Assembly: GCA_023398295.1 (NCBI GenBank)
Contig: JAEWSL010000010.1
Span: 2,268-66,267 of the forward strand
Origin: Elusimicrobiota bacterium
GTDB lineage: Bacteria; Elusimicrobiota; Elusimicrobia; Elusimicrobiales; Elusimicrobiaceae
Direction of reading: 5' to 3'
Length of the DNA: 64,000 nucleotides
Shown here piece by piece: positions 17,437 through 26,401 of this stretch (its first letter is position 1; each line of letters begins with the position of its first letter). The notes under the pieces are model-generated. The model saw only the letters and a list, made by a program, of their open reading frames with translations, did no database searches and had not been told where the DNA came from. A program made the position numbers and the translations under genes.

Positions 17437-20400
17437 TTAAGACTTTTCCCGCCCGCCTTGGCCTTCTTCTTCGTCATCATGGATTATAACCATTCTTCGC
17501 ACGCCAGATATCTTGCGCCGTTTTGGCGCGGCGGCGTTAAAAGCGGTTTGCGCAAGTTTCATGCTTTTGGCGTCGCTCAGCGGATTTACGTTTTGGGAAG
17601 CCTGCGGCCCTTTGGGCTTTATTGCCGCCCTAAAGTTTTCCGCCACTTTTTTGCCTATATTCTGCCTGAAATCCACTTGCGAAATGTCAGAGGTAATAAA
17701 AGTCCTCTCCGCAAGAAGCGGCTTTCCTACGGCGGTGTTCAAAGTAATAGCTTCCTCATCGCTGCGTCCTTCAAACTCCGAAAAAGGGTCCTTAGACGAA
17801 GCTGCTAAAACCGCGCCGGAGGGAGGAGGAGGAGGAGGTCCGAAAACGGTTTTCACGCTTAAGACATCTGTCATATCTTCCGAGCGTTTTTGTCTAAGAA
17901 ACTCTCTGGTAAGCTCGCCGAAACTTTGCAGGGAATCCTGCGTCTTACCTGCAGGCGGCCGCACGGGCTGTTGCTGCGGCTGCGGCTGCGGCGGCTGATA
18001 GGGCCTGTTCGCCGGATTATAGAAATTCATATTAGGCTGCGCGCCCTGTATAAAAGGATACTGAGGCGGCCCGCCCGCAGCCATAAAAGGCTGAGGCGCA
18101 GCTACCGACACAACCGGCGGCGGCGCGTAAGATAAAGGCACCGGCGCAATAGTGGCGTAAGCCAGCGGCGGCGTCGGCGCAGCGTAAAAGCCCTGGGCTA
18201 TACGCGTTAAAGCAGAAGGTTCTCTCCTCCTTGGCGGCAGAGGTTTAACAAAAACAGGCTTGTTTTGAGATTGGGGAAACTGCCTGCGCGGCAAAGAGTT
18301 ATCTTCCTTAGAAGAAAAATCGGAGATGCCCGGGGCTTTCTCCTGCCTTTGAGGGGGCAAAGACGGGCTTTCCCTTTTCTCTTGCCCATGCTCTTGAGAG
18401 AAAGATTCAATAACAGGAGGTTGCGCGCCTGTGTCCGAAACGCCGTTTTCGGACTGCTCTTCAAAAATTTTTCGCTCCGCCTCAGCGGGATTTGGCGCCG
18501 CTTCCGGTATAAAATCCTGCGGCGGTTTTGCGGAGTTTTGCGCCCCGTCTTGCCGCAATTCCTGTCCGTTTTCCTCTGTGTGTATATTTTGCTGAACTTC
18601 AGGCGTCATTTCGTTCAGCGGCACCGGCCGATGGGCGGGCGCATCCTGCGGACGCTCCTTTGAAAGAGGTCTGTGATCAAAAATAGGATCCGTATGCGCA
18701 ACCTCGGTAATAATGTTTTCTTTTTTTTGTTTGGAAACCGCTTCCGCCGCAAAAGGATCTTTGCCATGGGGATCTTTGTAAAATAAATTATCCGACAGAT
18801 TCGCTTTTGAGGAAATATCATTGTCCGCGCTAAAAGCGTTAAAGTCAACTATAGTTTGAGCGGCAAAAATATCTTCAATGGGCAAAGCCCCGCTTTCCGA
18901 AGCCGAAGTTTCCTCAAAAACATTATCCTGTAAAATAGACTGCCCCAGCTTGACTTGATTTGCCTCCACCCCTTTTATCGGGGAAGATTGTCCCTCCACC
19001 ACAATGCCGCGTTCAGCCTTACCCGCAGGCATGCTGAAAGGCTTTATCTGTACGGACTGAACATTTTGCATAGAAGGGGAGGCTGCCTGCTCCTCCATCT
19101 GGGAGAAAAGCGAATCTTGCGGAAGCTGTTTGACAAAAACTTCCCCCTTCTCCTGCGAGGACTGATTTTCTTGTTGTTCCGCAGAGGCGCTCTGCGCTTG
19201 AACCTGATTCTGTACCTTCGGCGGACGAATATGCTGCCGTACCGACTCAGAAGAAACCGTTTGCTGTGGTTGCTGTATCGGTTGCTGTATCGGCTGTTGT
19301 ACGGGTTGCTGCACAGGCGGCTGCACTTGCGCCTGAGGTTGTTGTATCGGCTGTTGCATCGGTTGTTGTACGGGTTGCTGCAGAGGCGGCTGCACTTGCG
19401 CCTGAGGTTGTTGTATCGGCTGTTGTACGGGTTGCTGTACAGGCTGCTGTACAGGCGGTTGTATATGTTGTTGAGGAGGTTGAAATTGTTGAACGTTAAA
19501 ATTTTGCGGGCCTGCGCTTTGCCACTGGGAACGTGCGGACGCAGATATCTTTACTTTTTGCGACGGCGCGGCTTTTTTTTGCTTGGGCGCGGAAGGCCGT
19601 ATAGCGTTAATTATTTTGGGTACTATATTTTTTATCTGTTCTTTTACCGGAGTGGAATAATATTCTCTTTTCCCGTCGGAGAAAATTTCAGTAGGCATTA
19701 CCTGCGGCGTAAACTCCGTAGTATTTGCCGCCGTCTGCGTTTGCTGCAATTGAGTGGGCGGGGGTGTATTCTGCGACGGCATTTGCGGCGGCATTTGCTG
19801 AAACTGCCCTCTTTGAGGCTGCTGTTGCTGCGGCTGCAAATAAGGCTGCACCTGCCCCTGAAACTGCTGAGGCGGCGCTGCTTGCTGAAACTGCTGAGGC
19901 GGAGCAAACTGCTGTTGCCCCTGGGGAGGTTGAACCTGAGACTGATACTGCCCAGCGTAAGGCTGAGGCGTTTGTCCCTGCGCAAAATGCTGCTGCCCTG
20001 GCGCCTGCATTTGCGGATAACCCTGAAAGGCGGCCGAAGACGGGGCGGGCCATTGCAGAGGAGTCTGCCCCTGCGGCATCTGCTGATATTGCTGGTTATA
20101 TCCCTGTGCAAAAACCTCCTGAGAGGTCTGTTCTTCCGGAGGGAATTTTGACATGTCCGGCGCTGTCGTCTGCGCCATTTTGCTGGGCATATGCGCGGAT
20201 TCGGCCTTTAAGTCGCCCGAAGCTGTTCTTGTAGAGAGATGTATAGGCACCGAAGAAGTGTCAAAAGTTTTTTTTGTCGTATTAAACTTATCAAAAATTT
20301 TGCTCATTAAACCTTTTGTCTGCGTTTGAGCGGAAACGCCGACGTCCTTCCCTTCAAAAGGCTGAGTCCAGCCCGTCCCGGTTCTGCTTCTTGCGTGCGG

Positions 20401-21165
20401 GTTTCTTATATCTACCGTGGGCATGTATCCGTAAGAATGCTCCGCCGCGCCGGACGCCGGCGCCGAAGGCGCCGCTTCCGATAAAATTTTAGGAGGGGAG
20501 GAAACCGCCCTTATATCAGCATCGTAAGGCGAAGGCCGTAAGGCGCCGTCTTCGGAATTAAGATCAATAAAAGTGCCGTCGCTTACGTCAAGGCTCGTTT
20601 CAATGTCAATAATGGTTTCTATATCGGCTAAATCTTTTTTGACTTCTAGCTGGCCTTCGGCCAAATTAAGATGAGAGGTTATTTCTTCCTTCTTATTTTG
20701 CCTGAGGGGAATTTGAGTTTGGGAAATTTTATCTTTTTCAATGCGGGCGACAGGCAGCTTTGTATCTTCGTGCGCGGCAGGCGCGTCGGCCTCCTCTCCA
20801 GACGGCGCTTTGCCGGAAAAACGCAAAGAAGGAGAATCAAAACTTAGCACTTCCCTTTTTGTTTTAAGCTCTGTGGCGGCAAGGAGGTCAAGCTCTTTTT
20901 CAATAGCGTCCGAGGAGGTAAAAACCTCCCCCTGGGAAACAAAATTTTCAACCTTGTTTCTTATTTCCTCAAGTTCGCCTTCTTCGGTAACATCGCGCAG
21001 TTCAAAAGTGTGGGTATAGGGCAATATGCGCCTGTCAACATAACTGCATAAAATGCCCATGTCCTGCTGGAGAAAAGCGGCGTCCTCCTCCGTACCCGAA
21101 ATAAGCAAAAGGTACTTGGAAGCGCCTGTTATAACATTTTCCCTGATTTCCCACTTAGTTATCAT
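17437..21165 (-). CDS. 1242-aa proline/glutamine-rich low-complexity protein (hypothetical)
   Basis: One uninterrupted ORF with a GGGGAAGAG RBS. A short, possibly folded N-terminus (MITKWEIRENVITGASKYLLLISG...) is followed by long P/Q/A/S-rich tracts and QQPX tandem repeats. No signal peptide or TM helix is evident. Confidence 0.8.
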   Translation of the reverse strand: MITKWEIRENVITGASKYLLLISGTEEDAAFLQQDMGILCSYVDRRILPYTHTFELRDVTEEGELEEIRNKVENFVSQGEVFTSSDAIEKELDLLAATELKTKREVLSFDSPSLRFSGKAPSGEEADAPAAHEDTKLPVARIEKDKISQTQIPLRQNKKEEITSHLNLAEGQLEVKKDLADIETIIDIETSLDVSDGTFIDLNSEDGALRPSPYDADIRAVSSPPKILSEAAPSAPASGAAEHSYGYMPTVDIRNPHARSRTGTGWTQPFEGKDVGVSAQTQTKGLMSKIFDKFNTTKKTFDTSSVPIHLSTRTASGDLKAESAHMPSKMAQTTAPDMSKFPPEEQTSQEVFAQGYNQQYQQMPQGQTPLQWPAPSSAAFQGYPQMQAPGQQHFAQGQTPQPYAGQYQSQVQPPQGQQQFAPPQQFQQAAPPQQFQGQVQPYLQPQQQQPQRGQFQQMPPQMPSQNTPPPTQLQQTQTAANTTEFTPQVMPTEIFSDGKREYYSTPVKEQIKNIVPKIINAIRPSAPKQKKAAPSQKVKISASARSQWQSAGPQNFNVQQFQPPQQHIQPPVQQPVQQPVQQPIQQPQAQVQPPLQQPVQQPMQQPIQQPQAQVQPPVQQPVQQPIQQPIQQPQQTVSSESVRQHIRPPKVQNQVQAQSASAEQQENQSSQEKGEVFVKQLPQDSLFSQMEEQAASPSMQNVQSVQIKPFSMPAGKAERGIVVEGQSSPIKGVEANQVKLGQSILQDNVFEETSASESGALPIEDIFAAQTIVDFNAFSADNDISSKANLSDNLFYKDPHGKDPFAAEAVSKQKKENIITEVAHTDPIFDHRPLSKERPQDAPAHRPVPLNEMTPEVQQNIHTEENGQELRQDGAQNSAKPPQDFIPEAAPNPAEAERKIFEEQSENGVSDTGAQPPVIESFSQEHGQEKRESPSLPPQRQEKAPGISDFSSKEDNSLPRRQFPQSQNKPVFVKPLPPRRREPSALTRIAQGFYAAPTPPLAYATIAPVPLSYAPPPVVSVAAPQPFMAAGGPPQYPFIQGAQPNMNFYNPANRPYQPPQPQPQQQPVRPPAGKTQDSLQSFGELTREFLRQKRSEDMTDVLSVKTVFGPPPPPPSGAVLAASSKDPFSEFEGRSDEEAITLNTAVGKPLLAERTFITSDISQVDFRQNIGKKVAENFRAAIKPKGPQASQNVNPLSDAKSMKLAQTAFNAAAPKRRKISGVRRMVIIHDDEEEGQGGREKS
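19261..19480 (-). repeat. in-frame tandem repeat (12-nt QQPX units organised in 69-nt higher-order units) inside the P/Q-rich gene
   Basis: GTACGGGTTGCTGCA[C/G]AGGCGGCTGCACTTGCGCCTGAGGTTGTTGTATCGGCTGTTG occurs at 19299 and again at 19368 (69-nt period). The surrounding sequence is reiterated GGTTGCTGTA[TC]-type 12-mers encoding QPVQQPVQQPIQQPQAQVQPP. Confidence 0.85.
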
Positions 21166-21211
21166 CTCTTCCCCTTAGGAAACTGCCCCCTCATCTTAAA
21201 GCAAGCGCTTC

Positions 21212-21859
21212 TTATCCCTCAACTATCTTAACGCCCGCACTTGTGCCCAGACGGCTTGCGCCGGCCTCTATCATGGCTTTTGCGTCTTCTTTGCTGCGCA
21301 CCCCGCCGGAAGCCTTCACTTTTATACCGCTTGCGCGCGCCATTAGCGCGACGTCCTGCGCGGTCGCGCCTTTATCGGAGAATCCCGTTGAAGTCTTAAC
21401 AAAATCAGCGCCTTGGCGCGCGGCTATTTTGCAGACTTCGGCTTTTTCCGCATCGCTAAGATACGATGTTTCAATTATAACTTTCAAAGTAAGTCCTTTG
21501 CACCGCTCTCTTACGGCTTTAATATCTTCGGCTACGGCAACAAAATTCCCGTCTTTAAGCGCGCCGATATTGATAACCATATCTATCTCCTGCGCGCCGT
21601 CGGAAACTGCTTTTTGGGTTTCAAAAGCCTTTGTTTCGGAAGCGTTTGCGCCTAAAGGGAACCCTATCACGGTACACACCTTAACGCCGCTTCCTCTTAA
21701 AAGCTTCGCGGCAAAAGACACCCAGCAAGGATTTATGCATACCGACGCAAAATGATGAGATAACGCCTCCTGGCAAACTTTTGCTATGTCTTCTTTCTTT
21801 GCAAAAGCTTTCAGGACGGTATGGTCAATATAGCGAGCCAGATTTTCTTTAGTTTCCAT
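21212..21859 (-). CDS. deoC: deoxyribose-phosphate aldolase
   Basis: [31 protein letters not shown], the Schiff-base Lys context [10 protein letters not shown], and KASGGVR. Confidence 0.95.
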   Translation of the reverse strand: METKENLARYIDHTVLKAFAKKEDIAKVCQEALSHHFASVCINPCWVSFAAKLLRGSGVKVCTVIGFPLGANASETKAFETQKAVSDGAQEIDMVINIGALKDGNFVAVAEDIKAVRERCKGLTLKVIIETSYLSDAEKAEVCKIAARQGADFVKTSTGFSDKGATAQDVALMARASGIKVKASGGVRSKEDAKAMIEAGASRLGTSAGVKIVEG

Positions 21860-21868
21860 AGAAACCTC

Positions 21869-22621
21869 TTATTTGTAATTTATTATTCTTGCAAAACTCT
21901 CCGCCGAGAGGGATTGCCCGCCCACCAAAACGCCGTCAATATCGGGCTGGGCCATAAGAGAATCCACATTGTCCGTCTTAACGCTGCCGCCGTAAAGTAT
22001 CCTGATGTTTTGAGAGAAAGTTTCGTAATATTTATTATGCAGAAGTTCGCGGATATCCGCATGCACCTGCTGCGCCTGCTGAGGAGTAGCCGTTTTGCCG
22101 GTGCCTATGGCCCAAACGGGTTCGTAAGCAATAACCATATCTTTTAGCTCCTGCGCGCTGAAACCTTTTAAGCCGCCTTCAATTTGATTTTGTATAACGC
22201 TGTAGGTTTTATTAAGTTCGCGCTCGGTCAAAGTTTCGCCGACGCAAAAAACTACCTGAAGGCCGGCTGACAGCGCGGCGCGCAATTTTTTATTAAGAAT
22301 TTCATTTGTATCGCCGAAAAGAGCCCTTCTTTCGCTGTGCCCTAAAATTACGCCCGCCGCGCCCGCGTCTTTAATCTGGTTGGGAGCAATCTGGGAGGTA
22401 AAAGCGCCTTTCTCTTCGTAAAAGCAATCCTGCGCAAAAACTTTAACCGCGCTTCCTTTGACCGCCTGCGCGACAGCCGCCAAAGCGGTAAAGGAGGGCG
22501 CTATCATTATATCGGCGTTATTTTTATTTTCCGCCGCGGCCACCGCAGAGGCTAAAGAAGAAGATTGTTCTATGGTATTATGCATTTTCCAATTACCGGC
22601 AATAAAAGATTTTCTAGTCAT
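21869..22621 (-). CDS. tpiA: triose-phosphate isomerase
   Basis: IAGNWKMH, GHSERR and the active-site motif AYEPVWAIGTGKTAT. 250 aa. Confidence 0.95.
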   Translation of the reverse strand: MTRKSFIAGNWKMHNTIEQSSSLASAVAAAENKNNADIMIAPSFTALAAVAQAVKGSAVKVFAQDCFYEEKGAFTSQIAPNQIKDAGAAGVILGHSERRALFGDTNEILNKKLRAALSAGLQVVFCVGETLTERELNKTYSVIQNQIEGGLKGFSAQELKDMVIAYEPVWAIGTGKTATPQQAQQVHADIRELLHNKYYETFSQNIRILYGGSVKTDNVDSLMAQPDIDGVLVGGQSLSAESFARIINYK

Positions 22622-22899
22622 TATTAAACTCCCGTTGAAATTTATACGACAAATCTGCGCCGCTTTTACGGCGCTCGCTTTATATATATTATTATATTTG
22701 ATACATTTTTGTAAACTTTTTTCAATTATGGGCTTTCAGTATAAGCTTTCAAAACGCCTTAAAAGGACATCGGCCTTATTTTAAGACTTAAAAATCCGCA
22801 AAAGATTGCGCGAAATATTTCACAAAGTCTTTATCAAATTTTTGTAAAATTATTTATTGTACAAAAAATGAAAAGACGGAGGTTAAACAGTAATTAAAA

Positions 22900-24258
22900 A
22901 TGGAAAATCTTAATACCGCGCAGAAACTGGGTTTCTGGGGTTTGGTAGGGCTGGTGGTAAGTTCAATGGCGGGCTCGGGCATATATTCTCTGCCGCAAAA
23001 TTTGTCCGTATGCGCAGGGGCCGACGCTATTTTAGCCGCATGGATAATAACGGGGCTTGGCATATTCTTCCTGGCTGAGAGTTTTAGGATACTTGCCAAG
23101 TTAAAGCCCGAGTTCAGTGAAGGCGGCCTCTATAATTACGCCAATGACGGTTTCGGCAGGAAGACGGGCTTTTTTATGGTTTGGGGATACTGGCTGGGCA
23201 ATATTTTTGCAAATACGGGCTTTGTGGTTATCTTTATGGAATCGCTTAATTACTTTTTCCCAAAATATTTTGCGGGCGGCAACGATATTTATTCCATGGT
23301 TTTGGGCTCGGTTTTAATATGGGGAGTTTACTCCGTAATTGCACACGGGATAAAAACGGCCGCAGCCGTAAATCTTATAGGCACAGTAATAAAACTTTTG
23401 CCTATTGCGGTTTTTATAGTTGTGTGCGCGCTGGCTTTTAATATTGAAAAGTTTTTGCCGTACATGTTTGATAATTTCACTTTCGGCACTTTTGCTTTTG
23501 AAGATTTTACCGCCCAGATTAAAGGCTGCATGATGGTAACACTTTGGGCGTTTTTGGGGATAGAATCTTCTGTGATATTATCTTCAAGAGCAAAAAAAAG
23601 CAAGTACGGCCCGCGCGCGGCGTTTGCGGGATTTTTCTTCTGTCTTATCTGCTATGTGCTGATATCTCTGCTGCCTTTCGGCATCATGCAAAAAACCGAT
23701 ATCGCCGCGTTGGCAAACCCTTCCACAAGCGGAGTGCTGCAATTTGCAGCGGGCCGCTGGGGCGGCGCGCTTATGGTGTGCGGACTTATGCTTTCTGTTC
23801 TGTTTTCCCTGCTTTCGTGGGTAGTCATAGCAGTGGAAGTGCCCTTCGGAGCGGCGCAGAAAGGCTCTTTCCCGCAGACTTTTACCAAAGTAAATAAACA
23901 TGGCACGCCTTGTTTCTCTCTGCTGATGACTTCCGCCATAACGCAAATCGCTTTTCTGCTGGCTTATTTTTCTTCCGACGCGTGGATATTTATGATAAAT
24001 ATCGCGGGGATGATAATCCTGCCCGTTTATTTGATAAGCGCTATGTATCTTGTAAAACTTTCCGGCAACAGGGAAGATTTTGCCTTCGGCAAAGGAAAGA
24101 AGAGAAAAGCTTTTATCGTCGCCTCTTTAGCCGTAGTTTACTCCCTGTGGCTTATTTACGCGGCCGATATTAAATATTTATTCTTTGCCGTTTTTGTTTA
24201 CGCGGCGGGCATACCCGTAATGCTTAAGGCAAGGAAAAATCAAAGTAAGGAAACCTAA
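22900..24258 (+). CDS. APC-superfamily basic amino acid/polyamine antiporter (ArcD-like)
   Basis: About 12 predicted TM helices. The N-terminal motif LVVSSMAGSGIYSLPQNL resembles arginine/ornithine (APA family) antiporters. GGAGG RBS. Confidence 0.8.
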   Translation: MENLNTAQKLGFWGLVGLVVSSMAGSGIYSLPQNLSVCAGADAILAAWIITGLGIFFLAESFRILAKLKPEFSEGGLYNYANDGFGRKTGFFMVWGYWLGNIFANTGFVVIFMESLNYFFPKYFAGGNDIYSMVLGSVLIWGVYSVIAHGIKTAAAVNLIGTVIKLLPIAVFIVVCALAFNIEKFLPYMFDNFTFGTFAFEDFTAQIKGCMMVTLWAFLGIESSVILSSRAKKSKYGPRAAFAGFFFCLICYVLISLLPFGIMQKTDIAALANPSTSGVLQFAAGRWGGALMVCGLMLSVLFSLLSWVVIAVEVPFGAAQKGSFPQTFTKVNKHGTPCFSLLMTSAITQIAFLLAYFSSDAWIFMINIAGMIILPVYLISAMYLVKLSGNREDFAFGKGKKRKAFIVASLAVVYSLWLIYAADIKYLFFAVFVYAAGIPVMLKARKNQSKET

Positions 24259-25169
24259 CTTTTAGGAAATTTGGCGCGCGCCGCAAATTTAAGAGCTTCT
24301 GCCATACCCTCCGCGTCGGCGCGGTTTTGGCCTGCGATGTCAAAAGCGGTCCCGTGCGCTGGAGAAACGCGCAAGAATTTAAGACCTGCCGTTATATGAA
24401 CGGCAGGTTTTTTTGCGCAAAGTTTAAGGCCGCTTAAAGCCTGGTCGTGATACATGCAGATAATGCCCTTTAACTGCCCCGCGCGGTGCTTAAGCCAAAG
24501 CTCGTCGCTAGGATAAGGGCCGCTTATGTTAAAGCCGCGCGCGCGCAAAACTTTAAGCGCGGGCGCAATAATTTCAATTTCTTCGCGCCCTATCTTGCCG
24601 CCGTCGCCCGAGTGCGGATTTAACGCCGCAACGCCTATGTTTGCGCCAGAAGGCAGGATTTCGGCAAAATTTTCGGCCGTTTTTATTATGCGCGCTTTTG
24701 TAATTGCAGAGGATACCTCTTTTATGGCGTAATGCTCGCTTACGAGCGCGCAGGCCGTAGGCCCGCTTATAAACATCATCGTCGCGCCGCGCCCCGAGCG
24801 CGCGTATTTATCAAGAACTTCTGTATGCCCCATAAATTTTACGCCCGCTTTAAGCCACGCGCTTTTGGACACGGGCGCGGTTACAAGGGCGTCATATTTT
24901 TTTTGCAGCATAAGCTTAACGGCGAGCCGCAGGGATTTGTAAGAAATATCGCCGCCGTATTTTGAAGGCGCGGGCCGAGAAGGCTTTTTATATTTTGTTT
25001 TAACTTCAATAAAATTTACGTCTTTGGGAAGGGGATATTTTTCAAAAGCGGCCCGCGCCGAAACAATCGTAAAATGAACATTTGCGCGCGGCAGTTTTTT
25101 AAGCGCTTTTACAATTACTTCCGGGCCTATTCCCAAAGGATCTCCGCCCGTTATCAAAATATTTTTCAT
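24255..25169 (-). CDS. pdxA: 4-hydroxythreonine-4-phosphate dehydrogenase
   Basis: ITGGDPLGIGPEV, GHTE, LNPHSGDGG, MYHDQAL and SPAHGTAFDIAG are PdxA family motifs. Confidence 0.9.
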   Translation of the reverse strand: MKNILITGGDPLGIGPEVIVKALKKLPRANVHFTIVSARAAFEKYPLPKDVNFIEVKTKYKKPSRPAPSKYGGDISYKSLRLAVKLMLQKKYDALVTAPVSKSAWLKAGVKFMGHTEVLDKYARSGRGATMMFISGPTACALVSEHYAIKEVSSAITKARIIKTAENFAEILPSGANIGVAALNPHSGDGGKIGREEIEIIAPALKVLRARGFNISGPYPSDELWLKHRAGQLKGIICMYHDQALSGLKLCAKKPAVHITAGLKFLRVSPAHGTAFDIAGQNRADAEGMAEALKFAARAKFPKS

Positions 25170-25183
25170 ACCTTATTTTAGCA

Positions 25184-25214
25184 ATAAAAAAGGCGGGGCA
25201 TAAAGCCCCGCCTT
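25184..25214 (-). terminator. rho-independent terminator after the SurA-like gene
   Basis: On the minus strand, AAGGCGGGGC-tttat-GCCCCGCCTT is followed by TTTTTT. It sits between the surA-like stop (25235) and the pdxA start (25169). Confidence 0.6.
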
Positions 25215-25234
25215 AAAACAGAAAAACAAAAATA

Positions 25235-26401
25235 TTATTTCTTGGACGGCGCGGCGGCTGGCGCAGGCTGCGCTTTGGGCGCGGCGGCGGGCAAAGGTTT
25301 GGAATACTCAAATTTTTCCATAACTTTTATATCGGCTTTGTCCTTTAATTCTTTTACATAAGCCATCAGCGCTTTTTGCCTTTCAACATTAGCCAAATAT
25401 ATTTCAAGCTCCGGTTTAATCTGCTCGTAAGTAAAATCTTTTTTGGCAGATTTTGAAACCATTTTGATAATATAAATGCCGTGTTCGGTTTTAATCGGCT
25501 CGCTTAACTGGCCGACGTTTAAGGCAAATATTTTATCGTCCAGGTCTTTGGGCAGAACACCGCGTAAAACAAGCTGGACGCCGCCTGTGGAAAGAGGATT
25601 TTTATCGTCGGAATATTTCTGTATCGCTTCAACGGCTGTAATGTCGCCTTTTTCAATTTGATTGCGTATGTTTTTGGCAAGTTTTTCTTTCTCTTTTACC
25701 ACTGATTCCGCCGCATTCTGCGTGCTCAAAAATACCGAGGACACCTCCGCGCGCTCCGCCGTAAGCTGATGAAGCTTTACCGCCAGGGGAGCCGCCATTT
25801 CAAGACGTTCCCTGGGCAGTTTTTCAGTTTCGGTTTTATTACCCTTCATGATAAGAACGATATCGTCGTAGAGCTGTTTTGTCTGTTCTTTGGTAGGCTG
25901 GGTAATTTTGCCTCTTAAAGCGTTATCCTGAAGTTTTTGTATGGAAATCGCTTCTTTGGCTTTTTGCTCAAACTGTTTGTAGGTCAAGTCCATGCTTTTA
26001 AGATGCTCCTTAAAAGCTTCCTCTTTCTTTTTTTGGTCTTCTATGGGTTTGCCTTCGGTGTCAACGGAAACGGAGTTTTTGTAATTATTTATCCACTGGG
26101 CAAGCTCGCTGTCTTTGACGGAAATTTTTTGTTTTTGAGCTTCCTGCAGAAGTAACTGCTCTAAAATCAGGTTATTAAGCGTTTCCTCCTTAATGGCCGT
26201 TACATTGTTCGAATCTGCAAGAACCTGCGGCGCGCGGCTTTCATATTCAATCAAAACCCTTTCTTTAAGCTTTTGATACTGGGAACTTAAAATAGCTTTC
26301 CCGTTAACGGTCGCCACCGTAGAGTCAACCACCTTAGCGTCTGCCAATCCTGCGCCCAAACCTAAGACGACGGCAAGCGCAAGAATCTTATTTGCTTTCA
26401 T
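25235..26401 (-). CDS. SurA-like periplasmic chaperone / parvulin-type peptidyl-prolyl isomerase
   Basis: Signal peptide, a long helical SurA-N-like region, and a parvulin domain ending VGQLSEPIKTEHGIYIIKM. The C-terminal tail is Ala/Pro-rich. Confidence 0.8.
   Translation of the reverse strand: MKANKILALAVVLGLGAGLADAKVVDSTVATVNGKAILSSQYQKLKERVLIEYESRAPQVLADSNNVTAIKEETLNNLILEQLLLQEAQKQKISVKDSELAQWINNYKNSVSVDTEGKPIEDQKKKEEAFKEHLKSMDLTYKQFEQKAKEAISIQKLQDNALRGKITQPTKEQTKQLYDDIVLIMKGNKTETEKLPRERLEMAAPLAVKLHQLTAERAEVSSVFLSTQNAAESVVKEKEKLAKNIRNQIEKGDITAVEAIQKYSDDKNPLSTGGVQLVLRGVLPKDLDDKIFALNVGQLSEPIKTEHGIYIIKMVSKSAKKDFTYEQIKPELEIYLANVERQKALMAYVKELKDKADIKVMEKFEYSKPLPAAAPKAQPAPAAAPSKK

Noticed and set aside
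19261-19480. Regular short repeats that could at first glance suggest a CRISPR-like array
   Set aside because: The repeats are contiguous with no unique spacers, the period is 12/69 nt, they are in frame within a long ORF, and no cas genes are present. This is a coding tandem repeat.
18955-20151. 398-aa plus-strand ORF (Arg/Leu-rich), plus the overlapping ORFs 19266-19499, 19725-20234, 19688-20053 and 19698-20111
   Set aside because: All lie antisense to, or out of frame within, the P/Q-rich repeat region. CAG/CCG-type repeats leave several frames stop-free by chance. The translations are monotonous R/L or A-rich strings with no RBS or domain, and the 1242-aa minus-strand frame is the only one that is continuous across the whole region.
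22622-22899. 278-bp AT-rich gap between tpiA and the antiporter as a possible riboswitch or sRNA gene
   Set aside because: I recognise no known riboswitch core there. The only structure is a short GCGCCG-cttta-CGGCGC hairpin in the tpiA leader. It is best explained as two divergent promoter regions, and I cannot place -35/-10 boxes with confidence.
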